DNA of 64,000 nucleotides, from the NCBI GenBank assembly GCA_026936335.1, contig JAPMXV010000068.1, positions 299,942-363,941 on the forward strand, given 5' to 3'. A program made the position numbers and the translations under genes. This DNA is from Mantamonas sphyraenae STR306 (lineage: Eukaryota; Protista; CRuMs). The notes beneath the pieces are model-generated. The model was not told the origin of the DNA. It saw nothing but the letters and a program-made list of their open reading frames with translations, and did not search any database. Positions 10,440-21,373 of this stretch are shown here, piece after piece (position 1 is the first letter of the stretch; every line of letters begins with the position of its first letter).

Positions 10440-12272
10440 CTATGCTGTGACTGTGGTGGTGAACTCACGCTTCAGCATCTCCAGGGTGCCATCGTCACGC
10501 ACATTGAGGTGGGCGTGCAACAGACCCAGGTCGCTCCACGCCTGTTTAAAGACATTCACATTTTGGCGAAAGACGCACGGCCACACGTCGTCGTCAGGAC
10601 ACTGTTTGGCGTCAAAGGCCTCGCTGGCGGGCAACTTGTGGGCGTAGGGAAGCCAGCAGCCTGGCTCTGTGTCGTCGTCAGCGGACGAGGAGTCGCGGGA
10701 GGAGGAGGAGGAGGAGGAGGCAGCACGTGCATCCATGGTGCCATGGCCTCCCATGTGTTGGATGAGATTGTACACAAAGGCCATGTTGAAGCGATCGGCG
10801 CCAAAGTGACGCTGTGCCTCGAGGGTGGCCGTGTTGATCCATGCGCCTGTGAGTTGGGCCACGGAAGCCACGGCCACGTTTTCCAGGAGGAACATGGAGT
10901 AGGCACGCATGGATTCGCCATGCATGAGGATGCCATTCATGCCATAGGAGACACGGAGGGCGGTAAACTGGGGATGGTACAGTTGGACCTTGGCCAGCAC
11001 GTAGGAGAGGGTTTTCAGTGCAAAGGGACACAACCGCGTGTCATCCTCCACAAACATCACATACCGAGATCGACCATGAAGCAACAGGGCCAACGAGGCC
11101 ACATCGCATGTGTACTGTCGTTCACTGCCACTGGGGATGCCCACCAATTGCTTCTCCTTTGCCGAGTTTGTGGTTGTGGTGCTTGTGGTGCTGGTGGTGG
11201 TACTCTCCTCTCCTTGCTTCCCTGTGTTGGTGCTCTCTTGCGTGTGCTGTGCTTCAAAGCCCTCAAAGGGGTCGTGGAACCCAGCGGTGTTGTCCACAAA
11301 GCGTACGGCCGGGGAGTGGGCATACTTGAGTTTGGCCTGTGCAAAGGCTTCGTGTTTGCCTGGTGCATGGTTCATCACCACCACCAGGGTGCCACTCTCC
11401 ACCTGTTCCACAATCGATTCCAGTGTCTCCAACAGTGTCTCCTTGCCCTTTCCCCGGGGCACCGTGTTGATGGCCACTGTCAATTCCGTGGGTCGCATTT
11501 TCCTGTGATCAGAGTGGGGTAGGGTGTGAGTGTGTGTGTGAGAGAGTGTGTGATCCCATTCCCCCCCTTTCCGTTCCCTTCCACCCGACCACGTACAAGT
11601 CTTCGACAAAGCCAGCGGCAGCCGCCTGCACTTCGACCACCCGTTGTTGCAACTGTTCAATGGCAGGTCTTAACCTGGGCAGCTGTTCCTCCATGAACGA
11701 TGCTGTGCCTCTGAATTGCTTCATGGCTGCGATCCACTTGCGTTCATACTCGCTCAATGGCCTGTCCAGCACCTCTTTCTTCAGCCGTTCCAACTCCGCC
11801 GCCTTTCGCGCCGCCTCCTCCTGTGCACGTCGCATTGCCTCTTGCCGCTGTGTGGTGGTGTGCACGACAGTGGGTGTGTGGTCAGTCATCACATGTTGGT
11901 CACCATTTTGCACAGCACACAACCACCACCACCTACCAATGCCTCTTGCCTTTGTCGTTCCTCTTCCTGCTTTCGTCTCTGTTCCTCCTCTCGTCTCTGC
12001 CTCTCTTCCTCCCTTGCCTTTTCCTCTGCCCTCAACCGTGTCTCTTCCTCTTCCCTCTGAGCCTGTGCCACACTGTCCTCCTGTCTCTGTTCCTGCTGCC
12101 CCCCCTCCCCTGTGGGTGCTCCTGGCCCTGTGCCGGCCTCTTCAGCCGCCGCCGCCAGGGGTCCCTCCGTTTGGCACTGTACAGACGCTGCCAGAAGGAG
12201 GCTCACACAGACCACCAGAGCCATGCATGGACCATTCCATACCCTCTTTCGTCCAGAGTGTGTGAATAGCAT
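10440..12272 (-). CDS. Secretory-pathway glycosyltransferase (GT-A fold, MGAT4/GT54-like) with coiled-coil stem, 3 exons
   Basis: N-terminal hydrophobic segment, Glu/Arg/Gln coiled coil, then LTVAINTVPR...LLETLESI and YVMFVEDD (DxD-type). Exons 12272-11937, 11847-11597, 11502-10440; introns 11848-11936 and 11503-11596 are GT-AG and phase-compatible. Confidence 0.6.
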
Positions 12273-12409
12273 GTGGTGTGTGTGTGTGTGTGGTTGGCGC
12301 TGTCGACGCGTCAACCCCGCCAAGCCGACGATTCCCCGTTTCCCACGAATTGCCGCATTCCCACACACACACACACACACACACACACTCCACGGAACCG
12401 TAGATAGGA

Positions 12410-13453
12410 ATGTCGAAGCGCAAGGCTGAAGAGGCAATGGGGCATGGGGAGGCAGAGGAGAACACGGCGGGGCAGGACTACAAGCGGGCAAGGAGTGCAA
12501 ACACGGGAGAGGGATCAAGCGGAGTGAGCCTGTTGAGTGGCATGGGGAGGACAAGCTATCACCACGGGGCTGGGATGGGTGGGGACAATGCCCCTGCGGT
12601 GTCACCAGAGGATGTGAAGCAGGCGGTGTTGGATCTGTTGCAGTATGTGGAGGGCAAGTACGGGGAAGGGATGCCCTTCCTGCTGCAGCTGGAGGAACTG
12701 CGGACTGTGGTGGGCCCAAACGTACCCATCAAGGACGCAGTGAACAGGGCACTCAAGTCACACAATCTTCAGGTGTTGGGCCAGAGTGCAAAGGGGGCCA
12801 TGGTGCAGTTGGTGGACACAGAAACGGCCAACAGGTTGCAGGAACTCACCTCGGTGGAGGTGCTCGTCTTCAACCAGATTGCACGCTCCAAGGGCGACGG
12901 CATGTGGCGCAAGGACATCAAGGAGCATTGCAAGCTGCGAGAGGGGGAACTGAACAAGTCCATCAAGACACTGGAGAACAAGAAGCTCATCAAGTCGGTG
13001 ATTGCACGCAAGTCCAGCAGCCAGCAGCGACGTCGCTACATGCTCTTCCACGCTGAGCCCTCCGCTCGTGTCACCGGAGGCAACCTCTTCAACGCAGAGG
13101 GCACCCTCGACGAGGTGCTCATCCGCAAGCTGCGCAAGCAGACCCATCGTGCCATTGCCAAGAGCGGAGCACGCGGCATGACACAGGCCGAAGTGGGCAA
13201 GGTTCTCTCCAGCGAAAACAAGCGCGAGTTTGAGGAGCACGAAGTGGGACGTGTGCTCAGTTCCCTGCAGCTCGAGTATGAGGTGTGCAACACCAACGAC
13301 AGCAGGTTTCAGCTCGCACACACCATGCACGAGGGCGCCTTTGCAAAGATTCCTTGCGGCACCTGTCCCGTCATCGCACAGTGTGGCGCAGGCAACCTGG
13401 TCAACCCCAGCACCTGCACATATCTGACCCAATGGATCGAGGGCGCATTCTGA
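12410..13453 (+). CDS. POLR3F: RNA polymerase III subunit RPC6/C34
   Basis: Winged-helix region GMWRKDIK...KSIKTLENKKLIKSV, PSARVTGG, and the C-terminal Fe-S motif PCGTCPV...C......NPSTCTYLTQW. Confidence 0.92.
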   Translation: MSKRKAEEAMGHGEAEENTAGQDYKRARSANTGEGSSGVSLLSGMGRTSYHHGAGMGGDNAPAVSPEDVKQAVLDLLQYVEGKYGEGMPFLLQLEELRTVVGPNVPIKDAVNRALKSHNLQVLGQSAKGAMVQLVDTETANRLQELTSVEVLVFNQIARSKGDGMWRKDIKEHCKLREGELNKSIKTLENKKLIKSVIARKSSSQQRRRYMLFHAEPSARVTGGNLFNAEGTLDEVLIRKLRKQTHRAIAKSGARGMTQAEVGKVLSSENKREFEEHEVGRVLSSLQLEYEVCNTNDSRFQLAHTMHEGAFAKIPCGTCPVIAQCGAGNLVNPSTCTYLTQWIEGAF

Positions 13454-13594
13454 CGCAAGAAAAAGCACGGGACGATGGGGGGCGGCAAAGGGATGGGGTT
13501 GTGTGGATACAAATTTTGATTGACAATGAAATTACGACAAGAACACCATATCTCGGTTTTTTGGTATGAATCAAATTTTACGCATTCTATACAC

Positions 13595-15387
13595 CTATGA
13601 ACCGCTGATGATGGCATCCAGGCTCTGCACGGTGGTGGCAACGGCACTGGCAAGGCCAAAGAGGATGATGAGGACGTGGCCGACGCGAGAGGATGTGCTC
13701 TTTGCGTCTGGGCGGCGGGAGGTGGGCACGCGTCCCTTGTTGCTGAAATGGGTGTACTCGGTGTTGATGCCACGCAGGCTCTGCAGCTTCAGGGTGAGCA
13801 GAGGCGGAATGACAAAGCTGAGGAAAGACAGAGAGATGCCCGAGACAAGGCCCACGAGATTGGTAAACTGTTTGACGAGGCAGGCGACAAGGACGGTGCC
13901 GCCGACCAGGAGGGTACGGATGAGACGGCGCTTGAACAGGGTGGAGCGCGACTCCCCGTCCGCCATGATGGAAGAGAGGAGTTCCGAGTGGGTGTCGCTG
14001 GCGAGGGCGTCCTGTGTGGTCTGCGTGCCCAGGAGAGAGTCTTCGATGATTTCGCGTCCGGGCGCAATGACGACAAGGTAGGTGAAGAGGAGGTCAAACA
14101 GAAGGGCACTCTTGGCGACATAAACGTACCAGGAGGCGCCTCCGTCCCCTGCAGAGGTGAGGAGGTTGTCGACGACGATGCCCTGTGTGTTTGGCCCAAA
14201 GAGCATGACGGCAAAGACGGCAAAGGCAAGGTTGAGGGCGGTGACAAACACAAAGCTGGAGTTGAGGGTGGAGGTCCACTTTGTGCGGTCCTGCATGCTC
14301 TGTTCGACAGGGATGACGGTGAAGTGGATGCAGAAGAGAAAGGCAGCGGCGCCGTAGAACTTGGGAAAGGTGTCAAACTTGAAGAGGAGGAGGCCTTCGG
14401 TGGATGGAACGCCATGGGCAAAGCCATAGATGAGGACAGTGGCGACACCGAGGAGGAGGGCAATGTCACCCAGGATGCTGGTGACGGCGAGGTACTTGAA
14501 CGAACGCAACCAGGAGAGGAGGACGACAATGGGGGCCATGGCAAGCACAGCCACAACGTTTGTGAGACCCGGAATCATGGAGGTGAGGAGATTGGCGTTG
14601 AAGATGAGGTAGGCAGAGCAGGCGCCAAAGGAGGTGAGGAGGATGGCAAGGTAGGTGGCAGTGGCCATGGTGTTGCCCAACACCTGACGCACAAGCTCCA
14701 CATAGGTGATGGGTTCGTCATGGGCCACCGCGTTCTTTGCTTTGATGAGCAGATGGATGGTGTAGGCACAGAGCAGGGCCAGGAGGAGCATGCCAATGGA
14801 ACCACCCACCAAACCACCCTGGACCAATCCCCAGGGCAGGGAGAAGCTGCCTGCACCCACCACACACTTGATCAAAGACACCGATGCCTGGAAAGGCGTC
14901 GTCTTGAGATGGTCAGGCAGTGCGTGCGCCTTGGAAGACATCCCCTCTTGTCCCGACGCCGTCTCGTCTTCCAACAGATAGGCAGACTCGTCGGCAAGAC
15001 GGGAGGAGCGCATCACCGCAGGGTTCAGATACCCAGACCTGTGTGTGCAGCACGGATGGGCAGGGTTGGGCGCGGGAGCCGCGGCGCGGGAAATGAAATA
15101 TGCGTGGATGATGAGCAGCTGGCGGAAACGGAGGGCAAAAGGGAGGGATAGAGAGGGGAGGAGGGGAGGGAGTGGAAAGGGTTGCAATGGGAATGGAGGA
15201 GGTTTGAGGGGCGAGGGGAGGGGGAAACGTACCACATGGTGAGGGCGTGGGAGTGTGAATCAGCAGCAGCTTTCTTGGGAGCCACATTGAAGCTGGACGG
15301 GGCAGAACGGGTGGCTTTGTGCTGGGCAATGGCCGCACCACGTTGGTTACCCTCGAGGGTTTTGTAGGATGGGAGAGGAGCACTCAT
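13595..15387 (-). CDS. Amino-acid transporter (AAAP/Aa_trans, SLC36/38-like), 2 exons
   Basis: SLIKCVVGAGSFSLPWG, about 11 hydrophobic segments, FVIPPLL. Exons 15387-15233 and 15038-13595; intron 15039-15232. Confidence 0.88.
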
Positions 15388-15534
15388 GGGGATTGGGTTG
15401 GGTTTGGTGGGGAAAAAGGGGGTTGGGGAAGGGGGGTGGAAGAGATGATGGATTGGGGTTGGGATGGGGGTGATGGGGTTGAGGGGAAGTGGGTGGGGGG
15501 CACATGACCATTGCATTGGAGTGTTTGGTGGGTT

Positions 15535-16637
15535 CTAGGCAACCTCACCATCGGCTTTGTCCTGTTTGGCAACCTGCTTGGCCTGGATGCTCTCGTATGA
15601 GTAGTAGAAGCCACCAAAGAGACAGATGATGAGACCAACGGCACTCTGGAGGCTCATGTCCTGGTGAAAGACAAAGGCACCGACAATGACACTGACAAAC
15701 TTGTTCATGTTGCCAGCAAGGCTGATGGAGGTGGCAGAGGCAATCTTGTTGAGGGAGAAGTAGGTGAGGGAGAGGATGAAGCCAAGGATGGAACTGAGGG
15801 CAAGCATGGAGGCAGTGGGACCATCGAGGAGACTCAAGCCGTTGGTCACGACAGAAGGCTCCCCCTGGGCAATGCCAATGACCAGGAGGACAGGGATGGA
15901 CAGAAGGTTCTGGTAGCAGGAGATGCCCGTGGGTGTTTGGTCCATGTTGCTGACCACACTCTTTTCCACCAGAGCAGCCACCACCACGGCCAGCATGTTG
16001 GCCAGCACCCAAAAGTACCCGCTGGCGTCGTAGTACAGGTCGTGTTGGCCGTACAGTAGGGCTCCACAGCACACAGTGGTGAGTCCCACCAGCTCACCCT
16101 CGCCAAACCGGCGTTTGAACACTGCGTAGTCGCCTGTGGCCACGAGAATGGAACCAAAGTTGCGTGCAACCACCACCGTGGGCACAGCGACAAGTTGGAG
16201 GCCATAGAGGCTGGTGAGGAGCATGAGCACAAAACAGATGGTGATGGGGGTGGCCTGCCACAGATGTTGGGTCGACCAGGGTTCTGTGGTTGGGGTGGGG
16301 AGCCGGGGGGGAAGGGGAAGTGAGGAATTGCAGAAGGTTTTGTGGTGTGAGGGACACAAGGGGCTGGAGATGGGGAACATGGACACGGGTAGAGGGAAGG
16401 GAAGGACAGGGAGACAGGTGTGCACACTGTCTCTGAGCACGTACTCATGTGGAACTTGCCCGTGCGGACAGCAAGGAGGAGGAGGAGGACGGTGACAGCG
16501 TTCTGGAAGACGAGGAGGAGGTTGGGGGCAGGGAGGACGTGCATGACGTGTTTGTTGAAGATGACCATGCCCACACTGGCAAACATGTAAGTGGCAAACC
16601 AGTGGAGTTTGGCCAGATTGCTTGCTGGTGGTGTCAT
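15535..16637 (-). CDS. Nucleotide-sugar transporter (SLC35D/GDP-mannose transporter-like), 2 exons
   Basis: SVGMVIFNK, LLVFQN, YQNLLSIP, SATSISLAGNMNK. Exons 16637-16445 and 16283-15535; intron 16284-16444. Confidence 0.88.
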
Positions 16638-16702
16638 TTGGTCAGAGGGAGGGGGTGGGGTGGTTGGCTGCGTTGGTGCGCGATGGGTTGCAATGGAATA
16701 CA

Positions 16703-19700
16703 ATGGAGAAGAGACAACGAGATGAGGGAGAGAGACGGGGGATTGGGGAGAATGGAGCAGGTGTGGAGGAGGGAGGGACAGGGTTGGTTGATGAGAGGCG
16801 GGGGGAGGAGACGTCAAGAGGGGAAAGTGGCAGGGAGGGAGAAGCGGGGGAGGAGGTGGAGGTGGGTATGGATGTGGATGGAGTGGGGAGGGTGGAAGGG
16901 ACGCACACGGGTGAGTCATCGTCGTCGTCTGGAGCGAGGGATGGGCAAGGAAAGGCAGGGAACACGAAAAGAAGGGGGAAGTTTGGTGGTCACTGGTGGG
17001 AGGAGGGCGGAATGAGGGATGTGAGGGTGCTGGTGCTGGGGACTGGCGGGGATGGGACAGTGGGATCTGTGGAGGAGCAGGTGGAGATAGAAAGGGTGTG
17101 TCATGAGACGCCATTGGAGCCATTGGGGAGGCTGAACGCACGTCAGGACGCTGTGGTGCGGCTGGTGCGTGAGGAAGGAAAGCACATGGTGCATATTGCG
17201 GCACACATGGGAAAGGAGTATGTGGAGGCTGAGGATGGGGATGTGATGCGGCAGACACTCGTGGATGCAGTGTGGGAGGCAAGGCCGGTGTTGGTGTTTC
17301 TGAACGGGTGTGAGAGCGAGGAGATGGCAAAGAGGGTGGGTGATTATGTGCCAGTGGTGGTTGGATACAGGGAGAAGGTGCTGGCGGGGGCAGCTGTGAA
17401 GATAGCAGGGGCGTTCTATGAGGCATTGGGAGCGGGAGAAAGCGTGGAGACGGCGTTTGGGGAAGCCCAAAAGGCAGGTGGGGACAGAGAGGGGAAGAAG
17501 GCAGTGTTGGTGACATGGGAGGGGTGGGAGAAGGAGAGGCTGGTGAATGGGAGAGGGAGGAGTGCAAAGGAGGCAGAGGCGGGATGGGCAAAGCGGGTGG
17601 ACAATCTGAGCAAGAAGAGGGAGCTGGTGGAGAGGAATGGGGTCATGGAGGAGGTGTGGGGAGAAGAAGGGGTGGTGGTGATGCATGGGGCACGGGGCAT
17701 GGGCAAGACAAGTGTGGCACAGATGTATGCGTGGAAGGTGAAGGAGGAAAGAGCGGCGGAGGTGGTGTGGTGGGTGCGTGGGCAGAGTAGGGAGGAGGTG
17801 CTGAGTGATGTGCTGCAACTGGGAGTGGCATTGGGGGTGCTGACGAACCAGGAGGTGGAGATGGCGAACAAGGAGGAGGTGCGGGAAGGGATGGCACGGC
17901 AGACAATGGGTGCGCTGAAGGGACGACGGTGGGTGATGGTTGTGGATGGAGTGGAGGAGTGGGTCGATGTGGAACCTGTGCTGCAGGAGGGAGGGACGGT
18001 GGTGGTGACAACGTGGAAAGATGGGATTTGGGACAAGAGGTCGGTGGACAAAGTGGTGCGAGTGGGGATCATGGAGGACAAGGAGGTGGATGCAGTGTTT
18101 GAAAATGAAGGGGTGGTGGTGGTGGATGGAGCGGATGAAGAGGAGGAGGTGAAGGCGTATGGGGAGCTGAAGGGGCTTCTGGGAGGGATGGCGCTGGCTG
18201 TGCGACAAGCAGCGGCTGTGATTGGGAAGAGCAGGGGAAGAGGACGGGTGGGCAAGTACAGGAAGAGACTGGGGAGGAACTTGCGGCAGCTGGAGAAGGG
18301 GATTGAGTCGGACGCGTATGACAAGACGACGATGGCAGTGTGGAAACTGGCGATGGACGCAGCTGGGGAGGAGAACGAGGATGCAGTGGGACTGATGCAG
18401 TGTCTGGCACTGTTGGATGGGGGAGGGGTGCAGGAGCGGGTGGTAGTGACGCTGATGGAGGGTGTGGACGGCAGGGGGGACAGGGATGAGGCAGAGGAGC
18501 GTGCAGAGGAAGCGATGGAATCGCTGGAGCGTGTGACGCTGGTGCAACGGGCTGTGGATGGGGATGGATGGCAGGTGCATGGAATGGTGCAGATGATGAC
18601 GCGGGGAGGGGAGGAGCTACAGGTGGAGGCAGACGGGGGAATGGAGGCGTGTCAGCGTGTGTTGAAGATGATGCGGAAGGAATTTGCCTTTCACCCAAGC
18701 AAGCCACTGGAAGAGCTGGTGTGGCACAGGGGGATGCTGATGCATGGGGAGCGGGTGTGGAGGGTGTGCCATGCAGCGTGCGAAGCATCAGGTGAAGTGC
18801 AAGACGTGTGTTGGGTTGGGCAGAACGTGGCAGCCGTGCATGAATGGATGGGGGCATATGGGATGGCGGAGAGGGTGATGGTGGAGGTTATGAAGGTGCA
18901 GAAGAGGGTAGGGATGGAGGGGGAGGAGAATGAGGAATGGGGAAGGAGCCTGCACATCATGGCGTTTGTGTACGATGGCAAGGGAGAATACGATCGGGCA
19001 CTGGAGCTGTATGAGCAGGCACTGGAGATCAAGCGACGGGTGCATGGTGGGGATGAGCACGCGGATGTGGCCACGAGCATCCACAACATGGCTAGAGTGT
19101 ACAATGCCAAGGGAGAGTATGATCGGGCACTGGAGCTGTTTGAGCAGGCACTGGAGATCGAGCGACGGGTGTATGGTGGGGATGAGCACCCGGACGTGGC
19201 TGCGAGCATCAACAACATGGCTGGGGTGTACGATTCCAAGGGAGAGTACGATCGGGCACTGGAGCTGCATGAGCAGGCACTGGAGATCTATCGACGGGTG
19301 CATGGTGGGGATGAGCACCCGGAAGTGGCTGCGAGCATCCACAACATGGCTGGGGTGTACCATGCCAAGGGAGAGTACGATCGGGCACTGGAGCTGTATG
19401 AACAGGCACTGGAGATCACGCGACGTGTGCATGGTGGGGATGAGCACCCTTCAGTGGCCACGAGCATCCACAACATGGCTGGGGTATACAAGGCCAACGG
19501 AGAGTACGATCGGGCACTGGAGCTGCATGAGCAAGCACTGGAGATCAAGCGACGTGTGCATGGTGGGGATGAGCACCCGTCAGTGGCCACGGGCATCCAC
19601 AACATGGCTGGGGTGTACAATGCCAAGGGAGAGTACGATCGGGCGCTGGAGCTGCATGAGCAGGCACTCGGGATCAGGCGACGGGTGCATGGTGGGGATG

Positions 19701-20425
19701 AGCACCCGGATGTGGCCACGAGCATCCACAACATGGCCATGGTGTACGATGCCAAGGGAGAGTACGATCGGGCACTGCAACTGTACGAGCAGGCACTGGA
19801 GATCGAGCGACGGATGCATGGTGGGGATGTGCACCCGGATGTGGCCACGAGCATCCACAACATGGCCATGGTGTACGATGCCAAGGGAGAGTACGATCGG
19901 GCACTGCAACTGTACGAGCAGGCACTGGAGATCGAGCGACGGATGCATGGTGGGGATGAGCACCCGGATGTGGCCACGAGCATCCACAACATGGCCATGG
20001 TGTACAATGCCAAGGGAGAGTACGATCGGGCACTGCAACTGTACGAGCAGGCACTGGAGATCTATCGACGGGTGCATGGTGGGGATGAGCACCCGGATGT
20101 GGCAGGGAGCATCCACAACATGGCTGCGGTGTACAAAGCCAAGGGTGAGTACGATCAGGCACTGCAACTGTACGAGCAGGCACTGGAGATCTATCGACGG
20201 GTGTATGGTGGGGATGAGCACCCGGATGTGGCCACGAGCATCCACAACATGGCTGGGGTGTACTATGCCAAGGGAGAGTACGATCGGGCATTGGAACTGT
20301 TCAGATCAGCCCACCAGATCCTTCAAAAGACACAAGCATCCGCAAATCTCATTAAGTCTGTCGAGAATGGTATCAACATCTGCCAGATGTATCTCGTGCT
20401 CAGGTTTTCCGCGGCTTCACAATGA
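16703..20425 (+). CDS. NLR-like STAND protein: CHAT (caspase-like) domain + NB-ARC + TPR array
   Basis: CHAT-type motifs VHIAAH (His codon 17204), LVFLNGCES (Cys codon 17309) and FYEALGAGESVETAF; Walker A HGARGMGKT; VWWVRG; Walker B WVMVVDGVE; GGMALAVRQAA (GLPLA-like); MHD-like VHGMVQ; 11 TPR units. Start at first in-frame ATG. Confidence 0.85.
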   Translation: MEKRQRDEGERRGIGENGAGVEEGGTGLVDERRGEETSRGESGREGEAGEEVEVGMDVDGVGRVEGTHTGESSSSSGARDGQGKAGNTKRRGKFGGHWWEEGGMRDVRVLVLGTGGDGTVGSVEEQVEIERVCHETPLEPLGRLNARQDAVVRLVREEGKHMVHIAAHMGKEYVEAEDGDVMRQTLVDAVWEARPVLVFLNGCESEEMAKRVGDYVPVVVGYREKVLAGAAVKIAGAFYEALGAGESVETAFGEAQKAGGDREGKKAVLVTWEGWEKERLVNGRGRSAKEAEAGWAKRVDNLSKKRELVERNGVMEEVWGEEGVVVMHGARGMGKTSVAQMYAWKVKEERAAEVVWWVRGQSREEVLSDVLQLGVALGVLTNQEVEMANKEEVREGMARQTMGALKGRRWVMVVDGVEEWVDVEPVLQEGGTVVVTTWKDGIWDKRSVDKVVRVGIMEDKEVDAVFENEGVVVVDGADEEEEVKAYGELKGLLGGMALAVRQAAAVIGKSRGRGRVGKYRKRLGRNLRQLEKGIESDAYDKTTMAVWKLAMDAAGEENEDAVGLMQCLALLDGGGVQERVVVTLMEGVDGRGDRDEAEERAEEAMESLERVTLVQRAVDGDGWQVHGMVQMMTRGGEELQVEADGGMEACQRVLKMMRKEFAFHPSKPLEELVWHRGMLMHGERVWRVCHAACEASGEVQDVCWVGQNVAAVHEWMGAYGMAERVMVEVMKVQKRVGMEGEENEEWGRSLHIMAFVYDGKGEYDRALELYEQALEIKRRVHGGDEHADVATSIHNMARVYNAKGEYDRALELFEQALEIERRVYGGDEHPDVAASINNMAGVYDSKGEYDRALELHEQALEIYRRVHGGDEHPEVAASIHNMAGVYHAKGEYDRALELYEQALEITRRVHGGDEHPSVATSIHNMAGVYKANGEYDRALELHEQALEIKRRVHGGDEHPSVATGIHNMAGVYNAKGEYDRALELHEQALGIRRRVHGGDEHPDVATSIHNMAMVYDAKGEYDRALQLYEQALEIERRMHGGDVHPDVATSIHNMAMVYDAKGEYDRALQLYEQALEIERRMHGGDEHPDVATSIHNMAMVYNAKGEYDRALQLYEQALEIYRRVHGGDEHPDVAGSIHNMAAVYKAKGEYDQALQLYEQALEIYRRVYGGDEHPDVATSIHNMAGVYYAKGEYDRALELFRSAHQILQKTQASANLIKSVENGINICQMYLVLRFSAASQ
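18968..20300 (+). repeat. Tandem 129-bp (43-aa) TPR-coding repeat, about 10.5 copies
   Basis: gatgagcac recurs at 19052, 19181 and onward (period 129). Unit HPDVATSIHNMAxVYxAKGEYDRALELxEQALEIxRRVHGGDE. Confidence 0.97.
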
Positions 20426-20550
20426 ACCCCTTCATCACTTCCACCATCCCAAACTTACGCAACAATCACGCGTGTGATCCGCTCTGGAGTACAGCTTCCC
20501 AATTACCCTGGTTCACCGAGTTGTCAGCGTCCTCCACACCCCACCCATCC

Positions 20551-20790
20551 TTCATCATTCCCTCCACATCCCACCCATTTAAATGCCACACCCTCCTCCA
20601 CCCTTCCTTCGTCACCATGTTCTCCGTTGTCCCGGTTTCCCCCCGCAACACCCCTCCACAACCCTCGCATCCCCTTCCCTCAACCCCCTCTCCCGCGCAG
20701 TCTCCTTCCTCCATCCCCTGCAAACATGTCCACAGGCACACTCCAATCCCCCATCGCTTCCATCTTCTCCACATCCCCCGCCTCCCGTGC
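20551..20790 (-). pseudogene. Frameshifted relic of the ankyrin/C-terminal part of the LRR-ANK family
   Basis: The reverse complement contains ggggatgtggagaagatg, gtgcctgtggacatgtttgcagggga and ggtggaggagggtgtggcatt, matching 59526-59735 (GDVEKM...VPVDTFAG...KETA...WRKAWH) but split across frames. Confidence 0.75.
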
Positions 20791-20808
20791 ATCCAACCCA
20801 ATCTTTCA

Positions 20809-21250
20809 ATGGACGTGGAAGAGGACACTCATGACAAGAAGAAAGAGGTGTCGTCTGCAGAGGAGGTGTTGATGCTGCTGCAACATTCCGGGGAGTTTGA
20901 CAAGGTGAGAGGCACGTGTTGGACGCACAGCGGCGCGGGTGTGTTGGGCTGAAGTCTGACGCAGCGGGGGTGCTCCTTGACGGCTTGTGCGGCTCACTGG
21001 ACAACAGTGGAGGGACCAGATTGTGGAGGAACTGCTGGATGAGAGCAACAAGGCGAGTGTAGAGGCATTGGGAAGGTTGGAGGACGACCGGCTGGCGTCG
21101 CAGAACCTAAAGTTGCGGCAACTGCGCGGGCAGCTGGACAAGAACGGCTTTTACCAGGATTTGGAAGGACGAGTGAGGGACACGGTGAGGAGAGAGGTGG
21201 CCGAGCAGGTGAGCAAGGCGGTGGAGGGTTTGGTGGATGTGGATGGGTGA
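20809..21250 (+). CDS. Small BOD1/Shg1 (COMPASS)-like helical protein, 2 exons
   Basis: The spliced product reads EEVLMLLQHSGEFDK|WRDQIVEEL, resembling the Shg1/BOD1 G.FD..R motif. Exons 20809-20904 and 21008-21250; intron 20905-21007. Confidence 0.55.
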
Positions 21251-21373
21251 CGCTGGATGGCCACGTGTGTGGGAAATGGAATGAATGAGGATGACGGTTT
21301 GTTGATTTGGCTGGTATCCCACCCCCCTCCCTGCACTGTGTGTGGATGCAGAAGCCCAGGTGACACAGAGCCC

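Noticed and set aside
18968-20300. Regular repeats with variable positions as a CRISPR array
   Set aside because: The period is 129 bp, in frame and coding for TPRs; there are no unique spacers or cas genes, and the context is eukaryotic.
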